Positions 15,794 to 25,256 of a DNA stretch of 64,000 nucleotides are shown one piece after another. How positions within the stretch are numbered: the stretch's first letter is position 1; the number at the start of each line of letters is the position of its first letter. The translations under genes were made by a program, and so were the position numbers. The notes under the pieces were generated by a model that was not told the DNA's origin, did no database searches, and was given only the letters and a program-made list of their open reading frames with translations. Source of the DNA: an uncultured Dehalococcoidia bacterium (GTDB lineage Bacteria > Chloroflexota > Dehalococcoidia > Lucifugimonadales > CAZENU01); contig CAZENU010000005.1 of the NCBI GenBank assembly GCA_964513735.1, positions 13,719 to 77,718 on the forward strand, read 5' to 3'.

Positions 15794-17083
15794 ATGACAA
15801 CAGAGAAGCTGGCCATCGACGGCGGGACCCCGGTCCGCACCAAGCCCTTCGGACCGCGCCACTTCATCGGCGACCCGGAGAAGGAACAGCTCATAGAGCT
15901 GATCGACAAGGCGCCCACGATGTGGAACTCCGGGTACAAAAGACAGGAGTTCGAGGACGGATTCGCAAAACGGCACGGCGTGAAGTACGCCGTGGCCACC
16001 GACTCCGGGACGGGCTCGCTGCACGCCGCAGTGGCGGCGGTCAACCCCGAGCCCGGCGACGAGATCATCACCGCGCCCGCGACAGACATCGGGTCCGTCC
16101 TGGGCATCGTACTCCAGAACGCCATCCCGGTCTTCAGCGACTGGGCGCCGGGCGGCTACTTGAACCAGAGCGCCTCCGGCATCGAGAGCCGCATCACGGA
16201 GCGCACCAGGGCGATCATGGTGATCCACCTGTTCGGGTACCCGGTGGACATGGACGCCGTCATGGACGTGGCACGGCGACACGACCTGCCGGTCATCGAG
16301 GACTGCTCGCAGGCCCACCTCTCGGAGTACAAGGGCAGGCTGGTGGGCACCATCGGCGACATGGGCTGCTTCTCGCTGGGCGGCAAGCCTCTAACGGCGG
16401 GGGGCGGCGGGATCCTGATTACCGACAACGAGGAGCTCGCCCGCAGGGCCAAAGGCTTCGCCAACAAGGGGTCCGAGTACGACGAGGGGCTGCGCAACTC
16501 CCTCAGGCCGACCTCCGAGCGGCAGGGCTCGTCCCGCGGTTACTCCTTCCTGGGCGACTTCCACCCGATGAGCGACCTGATGGCGGCCGTCGGCGTGGCA
16601 CAGCTCGGCCGCATCGACGACTACGTCGCCAGGCGCAGGGCCGCGGGCGCCATCATGGAGGACGTGCTGTGGGAGGTCCCCGGCATCATGCCGCAGAAGA
16701 AGGCGAGCCCGGACGACCGTAGCGGCTTCTACGTCCACGGTTTTTCGTACGACGAAGACGAGGTAGGCGTGTCCCTGGAGCAGTTCAGCAAGGCGGTCCA
16801 GGCCGAGGGCGCGCCGGCGGGCGGGCCCTACATCCGCGGCATGGGGCTGTACCGGTACCCGATCTTCGCCGAGGAACGGACCTACGGTAACTCCCGATAC
16901 CCGTTCGTAGACGAGCAGGGCAACCGCCGCGTCGACTACAACGCGTTGCACCTGCGCGTCCTGGAGGAGGAACTCCCCAAGACCCTCACGGTGGGCGGCA
17001 ACAGCTCGTACACGGAGGAGGACGCCACGGACATCGCCACGGCGATCAGGAAGGTGGCGCTGCACTACGCGGCGCGCCGATAG
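15794..17083 (+). CDS. DegT/DnrJ/EryC1/StrS-family PLP aminotransferase, paralogue A
   Basis: ORF 15560..17083, trimmed to MTTEKLAIDGGTPVRTKPF (residue 79, in frame), with aaggagacggc ahead of the ATG. Motifs ATDSGTGSLHAA, EPGDEIITAP, IEDCSQAH, and a candidate PLP lysine in SLGGKPLTAGGGG. Confidence 0.85.
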   Translation: MTTEKLAIDGGTPVRTKPFGPRHFIGDPEKEQLIELIDKAPTMWNSGYKRQEFEDGFAKRHGVKYAVATDSGTGSLHAAVAAVNPEPGDEIITAPATDIGSVLGIVLQNAIPVFSDWAPGGYLNQSASGIESRITERTRAIMVIHLFGYPVDMDAVMDVARRHDLPVIEDCSQAHLSEYKGRLVGTIGDMGCFSLGGKPLTAGGGGILITDNEELARRAKGFANKGSEYDEGLRNSLRPTSERQGSSRGYSFLGDFHPMSDLMAAVGVAQLGRIDDYVARRRAAGAIMEDVLWEVPGIMPQKKASPDDRSGFYVHGFSYDEDEVGVSLEQFSKAVQAEGAPAGGPYIRGMGLYRYPIFAEERTYGNSRYPFVDEQGNRRVDYNALHLRVLEEELPKTLTVGGNSSYTEEDATDIATAIRKVALHYAARR

Positions 17084-17129
17084 CCCAGCCTGGACATCCC
17101 CGAAGCGCGACTTCACAAGGAGAACGCGG

Positions 17130-18422
17130 TTGGCTAACGAGAGACTGGCAATAGACGGCGGCGAACCGCTCCGCACGAGACCCTTCGGTCCCCGCTACGA
17201 CTTCGGCGAGCCGGACAAGAGGTACCTCCGCGAGACGATCGACAGGGCCGCGGAAGGCGGCGGGTGGGGCGCCGCAGGGCAGGTGCGCGAGTTTGAGGAC
17301 GCATTCGCCAAGCGCCACGGGGTCAGGCACGCGATCGCCACCGACTCGGGCACCGGGGCCATTCACGCTGCGGTGGGCGCCGTCAACCCCGAGCCCGGCG
17401 ACGAGATCATCACGACGCCCACCACGGACATCGGAACCGTGCTGGGGATCATGCTCCAGAACGCGATTCCGGTGTTCGCAGACTGGGACCCAGACACCTT
17501 CAACACGGACCCAGCCGACCTGGAGCGGCGCATCACGGACCGCACCCGCGCCATCATCGCCGTCCACCTGTTCGGCAACCCCTGCGACATGGACGCGATC
17601 ATGGACATCGGCCGCAGGCACAACCTGGTCGTCATAGAGGACCTGTCCCAGGCCCACCTTGCCGAGTACCAAGGCAGGCTGGTGGGCACCATCGGCGACA
17701 TCGGGTGCCTGTCGGTGGGCGGCAAGACACTGACGGCCGGCGGCGGAGGCATGATCATTACCGACGACGAGACCCTCGCCCGCCGCGCCATGGGGATGGT
17801 GTACAAGGGCTCGGAGTTCGACGAGGGGCTGCGTAACTCGCTACGGCCGACCTCGGACAACCCTGGCTCATCCACCGGCTATTCTTTCCTGGGCGACTAC
17901 CACCGCATGAGCCCATTGATGGCCGCGGTGGGCAGGGCGCAGCTCGAGCGTCTGGACGGCTACACGGAGAAGCGCAGGGCGGCCGCCGGGGTCCTGGACG
18001 ACATGCTGTGGGAGCTGCCCGGCATTACGCTGCAGAAGGTACGTCCTGGAGACGTCCACACCTACTACGTCTACGGCTACAAGGTGGACGAGGAGGTGCT
18101 GGGAGTTTCGGCCGAGAAGTTCGCGGAGGCGGTGCGGGCCGAGGGCATTCCGGACGTCCACGGCTCTTATATCCGCGGCATGCCCTTGTACCGCTTCCCG
18201 GTGTTCGCGGAGGACCGGACCTACGGCAATTCCGGATACCCTTTCGTGGACGAGCAGGGCAACCGCAGGATCGACTACAACGCGCTACACCTTCCCGTGG
18301 TGGAACGGGAGCTGCCGAAGACGAACTTCATCTTGTTTAGCAGCGGATATTCGGAGGACGATGCCCGGGACATCGCGGGCGCCATCCGGAAGGTGGCACT
18401 GCACTACTCAAGCCGGCGCTGA
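17130..18422 (+). CDS. DegT-family PLP aminotransferase, paralogue B
   Basis: 430 aa. TTG start 7 nt after aaggaga. Same motif set as A (SVGGKTLTAGGGG). Only 46 nt downstream of A. Confidence 0.85.
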   Translation: MANERLAIDGGEPLRTRPFGPRYDFGEPDKRYLRETIDRAAEGGGWGAAGQVREFEDAFAKRHGVRHAIATDSGTGAIHAAVGAVNPEPGDEIITTPTTDIGTVLGIMLQNAIPVFADWDPDTFNTDPADLERRITDRTRAIIAVHLFGNPCDMDAIMDIGRRHNLVVIEDLSQAHLAEYQGRLVGTIGDIGCLSVGGKTLTAGGGGMIITDDETLARRAMGMVYKGSEFDEGLRNSLRPTSDNPGSSTGYSFLGDYHRMSPLMAAVGRAQLERLDGYTEKRRAAAGVLDDMLWELPGITLQKVRPGDVHTYYVYGYKVDEEVLGVSAEKFAEAVRAEGIPDVHGSYIRGMPLYRFPVFAEDRTYGNSGYPFVDEQGNRRIDYNALHLPVVERELPKTNFILFSSGYSEDDARDIAGAIRKVALHYSSRR

Positions 18423-18426
18423 GGGC

Positions 18427-18493
18427 GGCCCTTCGACAAGCTCCCCCTCGATGCGCCCCAATACCGTATTGGGGGCTACTCGGGGCGAACGGG
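18427..18493. repeat. Intergenic repeat (family 2: ccttcgacaRgctc ... ggggcgaacgg) with an inserted hairpin
   Basis: ggcccttcgacaagctc + gcgccccaataccgtattgggggc + tactcggggcgaacggg, in the B-C spacer. A second partial unit, ggcccttcgacgggatcagggctagcgg, lies at about 18541-18568. Confidence 0.6.
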
Positions 18494-18591
18494 TAAGGTA
18501 AATGGGTGGACTTCGTGTGAAAAGGAAACGCTGCAAGCTAGGCCCTTCGACGGGATCAGGGCTAGCGGACGTCGCGATAAGGAGATTGAAC

Positions 18592-19890
18592 ATGGCAACC
18601 GGTCAGGTCGTGGACAAGCTGGCCATAGACGGCGGCGAGCCCGTCACCACCAGGACCTTCGGCGCTCGATGGCTGTTCGGCCAAGAGGAGCGCGACAACC
18701 TGCTTGACGTGGTCAACAAGGCGGCGACGGGCAACTGGCACTCCGCCGGGATGGTCGAGGCCTTCGAGGACGAGTTCGCCAGGCTGCACGGCGTCAAGTA
18801 CGCCTGCTCGACCGACTCGGGCTCGAGCGCCCTGCACGCCGCGGTCGCGGCGGTGGAGCTAGAGCCCGGCGACGAGATCATCACGACGCCGATTACCGAC
18901 ATCGGCACCGTCCAGGGAATCATGCTCCAGAACGGCATCCCGGTGTTCTGCGACTGGGACTCCAACACTTTCAACATGGACCCGGGCGACATCGAGCACC
19001 GCATCACCGATCGGACCAAGGCTATTATCGCGGTCCACTGGGCGGGCAACCCCTGCGACATGGACGCGATCATGGACATCGCGCATAGGCATAACCTGAT
19101 CGTGATCGAGGACTGCGCTCAGGCGCATTTCGCCGAGTACAAGGGCAAGCTGGTGGGTACCATCGGGGACATGGGCTGCTACTCGTTGGGGGGCAAGCTG
19201 ATCACCGCGGCCGGCGGCGGCATGTTCATCTCCGACAGCGAGAAGTACGCCCGCCGCGCCAAGGGCTTCGCCAACAAGGGGTCGGAGTACGACGAGGGGC
19301 TGCACAACTCCCTGAGGCCGACCTCCGAGCATGGCGGCTCGTCGCGCGGATTCGCGTTCCTGGGCGACTTCCACCGCATGAGCCCTCTGCAGGCCGCCGT
19401 CGGGCTGGCCCAGCTCGGACGGCTTGAGGAGACGATGGAAAGGCGAGGCCACGTTGCCGAGATCGTGGACGACATGATCCACGAGCTGCCGGGGATTACG
19501 CGGCCCAGGTACGGGGAAGGCGACCGGATCTCTTACTACACGTACGTCTTCAAGACCGAACAGGACGTGCTCGGAGTCTCCCCCGAGCGGTTCAACGACG
19601 CTCTGACGGCTGAGGGCGTGCAAAGCAGCCAAGGAGCGCTGGCGGGGCAACCCCTGTACAAGTTCCCGGTATTCGCCGAAGAGCGCACCTACGGGCAGTC
19701 CCGCTATCCCTTCGTGGACGAGCAGGGCAACCGGCGGATCGACTACAAGGCCCTGACCCTTCCCGTCGCCGAGCGCGAGCTTCCCAAGATCGTATCGTTC
19801 ATATCGAACAGCAGGCATACGGACGAATACGCGGTGGACATCGGCAACGCCATCAGGAAGGTCGCGCTGCACTACGCCGCCCGGAAGTAG
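18592..19890 (+). CDS. DegT-family PLP aminotransferase, paralogue C
   Basis: ORF 18502..19890, trimmed to MATGQVVDKLAIDGGEPV (residue 31), with aaggaga upstream. Same motif set (SLGGKLITAAGGG). Confidence 0.85.
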   Translation: MATGQVVDKLAIDGGEPVTTRTFGARWLFGQEERDNLLDVVNKAATGNWHSAGMVEAFEDEFARLHGVKYACSTDSGSSALHAAVAAVELEPGDEIITTPITDIGTVQGIMLQNGIPVFCDWDSNTFNMDPGDIEHRITDRTKAIIAVHWAGNPCDMDAIMDIAHRHNLIVIEDCAQAHFAEYKGKLVGTIGDMGCYSLGGKLITAAGGGMFISDSEKYARRAKGFANKGSEYDEGLHNSLRPTSEHGGSSRGFAFLGDFHRMSPLQAAVGLAQLGRLEETMERRGHVAEIVDDMIHELPGITRPRYGEGDRISYYTYVFKTEQDVLGVSPERFNDALTAEGVQSSQGALAGQPLYKFPVFAEERTYGQSRYPFVDEQGNRRIDYKALTLPVAERELPKIVSFISNSRHTDEYAVDIGNAIRKVALHYAARK

Positions 19891-19903
19891 TGGCGCGCGG
19901 ACC

Positions 19904-19931
19904 GGTCCTTCGACAGGCTCGGGGCGAACGG
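19904..19931. repeat. Intergenic repeat (family 2 unit)
   Basis: ggtccttcgacaggctcggggcgaacgg in the C-D spacer. Confidence 0.6.
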
Positions 19932-20045
19932 ACACGAGTAAGGCAGGCCCAAAGGACCGATTGAGCGCGGGGCGATCTTCTGGAAACGTTCTAACCTCGG
20001 CGGCCTCGGTGTGCTCAGCGGTGGGTTCTTCAGAGAGGTGGACAG

Positions 20046-21368
20046 ATGGCGACTGGCAGGGTAGCCGAGAAACTAGCGATACACGGCGGTACGCCAGTGC
20101 GAACAAAGCCGTTCGGCTCACGGTGGTTCTTCGACGAGGAGGAACGCCGTCAGGTGCTGGATGTCGTCGACAGGGCCGTGGAAGGCGGCTGGGGCGCCGC
20201 CAACAAGGCCGAGGCATTCGAGGACGCGTTCGCGAAGCTGCACGGCGTCAAGTACGCTTTCACCACCGACTCGGGGACCGGGGCGATACATGCGGCCATC
20301 GGCGCCGTGAACCCCGAGCCCGGCGACGAGATCATCACGACGCCGGTGACGGACATCGGCACCGTGCTCGGCATCATGTTACAGAACGCCATCCCCGTCT
20401 TTGCAGACTGGGATGCCGACGCTTTCAACACCGACCCGGCGGACGTCGAGCGCCGCATCACCGACCGCACCCGGGCTATCATCGCCGTCCATTTGTTCGG
20501 CAACGCCTGCGACATGGACGCGATGATGGACATCGGCCGCCGCCACAACATCCCTGTCATCGAAGACTGCTCCCACGCCCACCTGGCCGAGTACAAGGGC
20601 AAGCTCGTGGGGACGATCGGCGACATGGGCTGCTTCTCGATGGGCGGCAAGCTGATCACCGCCGGCGGCGGCGGGATGTTCATCTCCAACAACGAGGAGC
20701 TGACGCGTCGGGCCATCGGGTTCGCCCGCAAGGGTTCCGAGTACGACGAGGGGCTGCGCAACTCCCTGCGGCCCACCTCCGACTACCCACGCCATCTGTC
20801 TGGCGATAGAGAGGGCTCCAGGCGCGGGTACTCCTTCCTGGGCGACTTCCACCGGATGAGCCCGTTGATGGCGGCGGTGGGCCTGGCACAGCTCGGGCGC
20901 GTCGAGAAGACGATGCAGGCCCGTGGCCGCGTGGCCGAGATCGTCGACGAGATGGTGGCGGACCTGCCGGGCTTCCAGCGTCCCAAGACCGGCCCGAACG
21001 ACAGGACGTCGTACTACGTCTACGGCTATCGCATCATCGAGGAGAGGATGGGGGCATCCTTCACGGAGTTCTCCAAAGCCCTAAACGCCGAAGGCATACC
21101 GGCGGGCGGTCCGGTGCATGGAGGCATGCCACTGTACAAGTTCCCGATATTCGCGGATGGGCGGACCTACGGACAGTCCCAGTACCCCTTCGTCGATGAG
21201 CAGGGCAACCGGCGGATAGACTACGCGTCGATGCACCTGCCGGTCGTCGAGCGGGAGCTGCCCAGGACCGGGTCCCTCATGTCCAGAAGCACCGACACCG
21301 CGGAGGACGCGCGCGACATAGGGACTGCCATCCGCAAGGTCGCCCTGCACTTCTCGGGCGGGAAATAA
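20046..21368 (+). CDS. DegT-family PLP aminotransferase, paralogue D
   Basis: 440 aa. Same motif set (SMGGKLITAGGGG). It carries a short insertion, DYPRHLSGDREGSRRG, relative to A-C. Confidence 0.85.
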   Translation: MATGRVAEKLAIHGGTPVRTKPFGSRWFFDEEERRQVLDVVDRAVEGGWGAANKAEAFEDAFAKLHGVKYAFTTDSGTGAIHAAIGAVNPEPGDEIITTPVTDIGTVLGIMLQNAIPVFADWDADAFNTDPADVERRITDRTRAIIAVHLFGNACDMDAMMDIGRRHNIPVIEDCSHAHLAEYKGKLVGTIGDMGCFSMGGKLITAGGGGMFISNNEELTRRAIGFARKGSEYDEGLRNSLRPTSDYPRHLSGDREGSRRGYSFLGDFHRMSPLMAAVGLAQLGRVEKTMQARGRVAEIVDEMVADLPGFQRPKTGPNDRTSYYVYGYRIIEERMGASFTEFSKALNAEGIPAGGPVHGGMPLYKFPIFADGRTYGQSQYPFVDEQGNRRIDYASMHLPVVERELPRTGSLMSRSTDTAEDARDIGTAIRKVALHFSGGK

Positions 21369-21374
21369 CGGACC

Positions 21375-21887
21375 TTGGTCATCAAGGCGCACATTCGCGA
21401 CGTACCGGACTTCCCTCAGTCCGGGATCCTGTTCCGGGACATTACGCCGCTACTGAAGAGCCCGGACGCGTTCGCAGACGTAATAGACCGGTTCGCGGAA
21501 CGCTACGCCGATCAGGAGATCGGCGCCATCGTCGGTATCGAGGCCCGGGGATTCCTGTTCGCGGCGCCGCTGGCGCTGCGGCTCGGGAAGCCGTTCGTAC
21601 CGGTGCGCAAGGAGGGCAAGCTGCCATTCCGGACCATCAAGGTAAACTACTCGCTGGAGTACGGGCAGAGCGCGGTCGAGGTCCACACCGACGCGATCAA
21701 CGAAGGCCAGCGTGTGCTCATCCTGGACGACCTGCTGGCCACGGGCGGTACGCTGGCGGCGACGGCCAAGCTCATAGAGAAGACAGGCGGTGTAGTCGCG
21801 GGGGTAGCCGTGGTGATCGAGCTGGCCGATCTCAAAGGCAGGGACGTGCTTGAGGGCTACGACGTGCTGTCCCTGGTCACGTACTGA
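21375..21887 (+). CDS. apt: Adenine phosphoribosyltransferase
   Basis: 170 aa. DFPQSGILFRDITPLL, GIEARGF and the PRPP motif VLILDDLLATGGT. TTG start 6 nt after paralogue D. Confidence 0.9.
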   Translation: MVIKAHIRDVPDFPQSGILFRDITPLLKSPDAFADVIDRFAERYADQEIGAIVGIEARGFLFAAPLALRLGKPFVPVRKEGKLPFRTIKVNYSLEYGQSAVEVHTDAINEGQRVLILDDLLATGGTLAATAKLIEKTGGVVAGVAVVIELADLKGRDVLEGYDVLSLVTY

Positions 21888-21967
21888 GACTCAACGCCTA
21901 TGACAAGTCTGACTACACACCCGGAATCGACGTCCTCGGGAGCGAATCGCGGCTGGAGGCCAGAGAG

Positions 21968-22693
21968 ATGAGCGTCGTGGCGATGAGCGGGATGACAGGC
22001 GGTGGCGCGCGGGTACTGGGCCCGCTGGTCGCCGCGTGTCTCGACGCCGACTACGTCGACCGGCTGATCCTGATCAACGCGGCGCGGCACATCGGCGCCA
22101 CTGTCGAGGCCCTGGCCGAGCGCGAACAACGACCGCTGACCCGCACCGAGCGCTTTTCGGCGCTGCTCCAGCGCATACTCGAGACGTCGGCCGTTACAGG
22201 CGCCGGTACGGACTCCTTCTTTGGCGCGGGAGCGATGGCGCTGCTGACGGAGGAGTTCGAGGACCTGCCGCAGCAGACCATCACCAGGGGGCACGAGGTC
22301 GATCACGAGGCGTACGCGGCGGCCCTTCGCCACGTGATCGAGGACCTGGCGGCGCAGGGCAACGTGGTGATCGTAGGCCGGGGGAGCTCCTTGATTCTGG
22401 CGGACAATCCGGCGGTGCTCAGGGTGGGCGTTGCCTCCACGTGGGAAGACCGCGTCGCCAGGACCATGGAGCAGAAGCGGACCGATCACGACACGGCCGA
22501 GGAGACGATCAGGGCCAGAGACGCGGCGCGCGCGCTCTACTATGCGCGCTTCCTGGGCGTGGACAACCCCGACGACCCGCAGCTATACCACCTCGTCGTG
22601 AACACCAGTGACGTAGGCATCGACTACGCTGTCCAAATAGTCGTGGACGCGACCAACGCCCTGGGTGACGGCTCGCTACACCGGAGCGACTAG
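21968..22693 (+). CDS. Cytidylate kinase-like family protein (AAA_28/PF13189-like)
   Basis: 241 aa. The C-terminal pattern ARDAARALYYARFLGVDNPDDPQLYHLVVNTS is typical of this family. The P-loop region is degenerate (MSGMTGGGARVLG). Confidence 0.6.
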   Translation: MSVVAMSGMTGGGARVLGPLVAACLDADYVDRLILINAARHIGATVEALAEREQRPLTRTERFSALLQRILETSAVTGAGTDSFFGAGAMALLTEEFEDLPQQTITRGHEVDHEAYAAALRHVIEDLAAQGNVVIVGRGSSLILADNPAVLRVGVASTWEDRVARTMEQKRTDHDTAEETIRARDAARALYYARFLGVDNPDDPQLYHLVVNTSDVGIDYAVQIVVDATNALGDGSLHRSD

Positions 22694-22917
22694 CGTTCCG
22701 TTGGCTCCCGACCGCGCTCGCCTGCGCACGCTCGCCCACTCACGCCCGGATACCGCATCGGCAACTCGATACGCCCCTATGCCGAATCGAGGCTACTCGA
22801 GGTGAACGGACTGAACGCCGACACGGCGTTGGGAAGCGAAGCGCCGGTCGAATTCAGGCATCACATGCGTGACCGCGATCAAACGATCGTCGGAGCGCGT
22901 CGGGACGGAGGAAATAT

Positions 22918-23328
22918 TTGCTGAGTATCGGCAAGCAGTTTGCCGACGAGATGGTCAAGCACTCACTCGAGGACGACCCCAACGAGTGCTGCGGCATCCT
23001 GGCAGGCAAGTCAGACCAGGTGCTGCACCTGTACCGCATCACCAACGCGGCTAAGAGCCCCTACCGCTACCTGATGGACCCGCAGGAGTTCCTCAACGCC
23101 GACCTGGACAGCGAGCGCAACGGGTGGAAGTTCGTGGCCTTCTACCACTCCCACACCCACTCCCCGGCCTACCCGTCGATGACCGACGTCAGGATGGCTC
23201 TGCAAAGCGGCTATCTGGACGTCCACTACGTGTTGGTGTCGCTGGAGAACAAGGACGAGCCCCAGATCAAAGCCTACCGCATCGACGAGGAAGGCGGCGT
23301 GACGGAGCAGGACCTTCAGATCGGCTGA
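22918..23328 (+). CDS. JAMM/MPN+ metalloprotease (Mov34 family)
   Basis: 136 aa. E..CG (NECCGILAG) and the HSHTHSPAYPSMTD JAMM motif. TTG start 7 nt after ggagga. Confidence 0.8.
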   Translation: MLSIGKQFADEMVKHSLEDDPNECCGILAGKSDQVLHLYRITNAAKSPYRYLMDPQEFLNADLDSERNGWKFVAFYHSHTHSPAYPSMTDVRMALQSGYLDVHYVLVSLENKDEPQIKAYRIDEEGGVTEQDLQIG

Positions 23329-23738
23329 CCGGCTCCACGACGGTGATGGCGTGCGGTGAGTGGGAGCTCCCTCGACCCTTAGGCGAGCTCAGGACAGGCC
23401 CTTCGGCAATATCTCGACCGATAAAGAAAAACCGGTCGGCCCCCCAGACCGTAGTACATAGTAAGGGCCCCCCCTGAAGAATGACGGCGTTCGATGGCAG
23501 ACCCGACCACCGAGCGCCGTCTCTTTGTTTCCCATAAGAGTACTGTAGTGCCTAACATATTGCTTGCCACAACGACGCTACCGAGGCGTCGACGAAACTC
23601 GCCTGTTGCAGCATCGGCGTGTGGGGAATCGGCCGGTTGTCTCCCCGATGCCGAACCGGAATCCGGGGAGGGGTCCCTCTCGGCCCCAGATGCTTCGCGC
23701 AGTTTCACTCGACGGAATGCCACCTGCGGGACAGTAGA

Positions 23739-25256
23739 CTAGGGCGTCTCGAAGAAGCGGAACGAGTAGAGGTCGGCGTCTTTCATCACGAATCGGAGAC
23801 GCACAGGCCTGCCCGCCAGTGCCCCAACGTCGGCGCTGCCGCTCCACGTCGCCAGCCGGTCGATGTCGTCACCGAAGAGCTCGTCGGCATCGTCCAGGGC
23901 GAAGCCCTCGATTGGAACGCCACGGGCATCCTGCAACTCGATCCGTAGGCTACCGGCCGCCGAAGTCCGGAAGTTGACCTTCAGGCCGCGGCCGCTAAAC
24001 AGCAGCGGCCGGGTGACCAGCTCTCCGCCTGCGGGCGGCGCGTTGACCGACACGAAGCCATCTTTGCGCAGGACTCCCCTTCGCAGATGCGCCGTCGGAT
24101 GGCGGTAGTGCTGGGTGTAGTAGACCGACATCTCGTCTTGGGCCGTCGGCACGACGCCCCAGGCGACCATGTTGCTCCGCTCCGTCCAGTTCCTGAGGTC
24201 GCGCCCCGGAGCCACGAACGCCTCCAGGAAACGGCGATCGAAGGCCACGCCGTCGCGGCTGGACATGAACACGGCGTCAGACACGCCCGGAAACGGGTGC
24301 TCCGCAACCCGCTGACGCTCGGGCTGAAAGCGGCTCGGGAACGCCAGCAGCACGTCGGGTGCCCTGAAGTACGGCGTGGTGGCATTGGTGTACAGGTGCT
24401 CTCTCGGCGAGTCGCCCAGGTCGATGGGTATGCCGTTGGACCACTCGGTGAAGTTGAGCGAGATGCTCCGGGCAATGGCGCGTACGGTCGTAAAGATGCG
24501 GAAGTATGCCACGTAGAAGCCGCGCTCCTCGTCCCAGAAGGCCACGTTCTGGGAGTCGAAGGCGCCCCTGGTGAGCACCGGCTCGTCCTGGAGCTTCGTC
24601 CAGTGTATGCCGTCGGACGAAACGAGGGCCATCGGCGGCTGCCCGCCCAGGGCCTTGTACTCCTCGCCGGGCCTGCGGTCTGAGTTAGTGTCCAGGAAGG
24701 GCGCGAAATTGTGGGACTCGGGGCCAGTCCAGACGATGTTGTTGTCGGTGGACCCCTCGAACGGGAAAAGGCCAAGCGACGGCTTTCCCCAGCGGATGCC
24801 GTCTGTGCTTTCGGCATAGCAGGTCGCCTCGTTTTCGTCGTTATGACACCTGTAGTACAGCCTGTACAGTCCCCCGTCCTTGAACACGGTGAAATACGCC
24901 GCCGTCTGGTCCTCCCAGGCCTCGTCGAGCTGGAGAACGACTTCGGCCTGGCGTGGCTGGTGAAGCACGAGACTCGTGCCGGTTGCGACGTCTATCAGCC
25001 AGTCGTCGACGAAGAGCTGGCGCCTGGACCCGATCTCGACCGGGGCCGGTGTGGGAGACGGCGTCGGGGCCGGCGCCAACTGTGCGACGGTCTCCGGCGT
25101 GGGAGTAACGGCCGCGGGCGCGGCGGGCGCGGTCGGGGTGGGGCTGGCCGCCAGCAGGCTCGTCGGCTCAATCTCTGAGCAGCCGACGGCGGCGGCAGCG
25201 ATCAGCAAGAAGAGCAGGCTGATCTTGCTTGCAGGACCGGAGAGCGAACGCGACAT
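23739..25256 (-). CDS. Secreted lipoprotein, putative glycoside-hydrolase-like beta-propeller + beta-sandwich protein (GH32/43/68-clan-like)
   Basis: ORF 23739..25331, trimmed to MSRSLSG... (residue 26, ggagga upstream). Lipobox AAAVGCSE. A pattern of repeated W/D-containing blades (AESTDGIRWGKP, VSSDGIHWTK). The C-terminal DGFVS...LRIELQD...LYSFRF region looks like a sandwich domain. The family assignment is tentative. Confidence 0.5.
   Translation of the reverse strand: MSRSLSGPASKISLLFLLIAAAAVGCSEIEPTSLLAASPTPTAPAAPAAVTPTPETVAQLAPAPTPSPTPAPVEIGSRRQLFVDDWLIDVATGTSLVLHQPRQAEVVLQLDEAWEDQTAAYFTVFKDGGLYRLYYRCHNDENEATCYAESTDGIRWGKPSLGLFPFEGSTDNNIVWTGPESHNFAPFLDTNSDRRPGEEYKALGGQPPMALVSSDGIHWTKLQDEPVLTRGAFDSQNVAFWDEERGFYVAYFRIFTTVRAIARSISLNFTEWSNGIPIDLGDSPREHLYTNATTPYFRAPDVLLAFPSRFQPERQRVAEHPFPGVSDAVFMSSRDGVAFDRRFLEAFVAPGRDLRNWTERSNMVAWGVVPTAQDEMSVYYTQHYRHPTAHLRRGVLRKDGFVSVNAPPAGGELVTRPLLFSGRGLKVNFRTSAAGSLRIELQDARGVPIEGFALDDADELFGDDIDRLATWSGSADVGALAGRPVRLRFVMKDADLYSFRFFETP

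Noticed and set aside
18423-20045. Repeats between the DegT paralogues as a CRISPR array
   Set aside because: The units are not regularly spaced direct repeats with unique spacers. They are single copies separated by 1.3-kb genes, and they also occur singly in both orientations elsewhere.
18859-20217. 452-aa minus-strand ORF spanning DegT paralogues C and D
   Set aside because: Antisense shadow with an Arg/Pro/Gly-rich composition. It crosses an intergenic spacer full of repeats.
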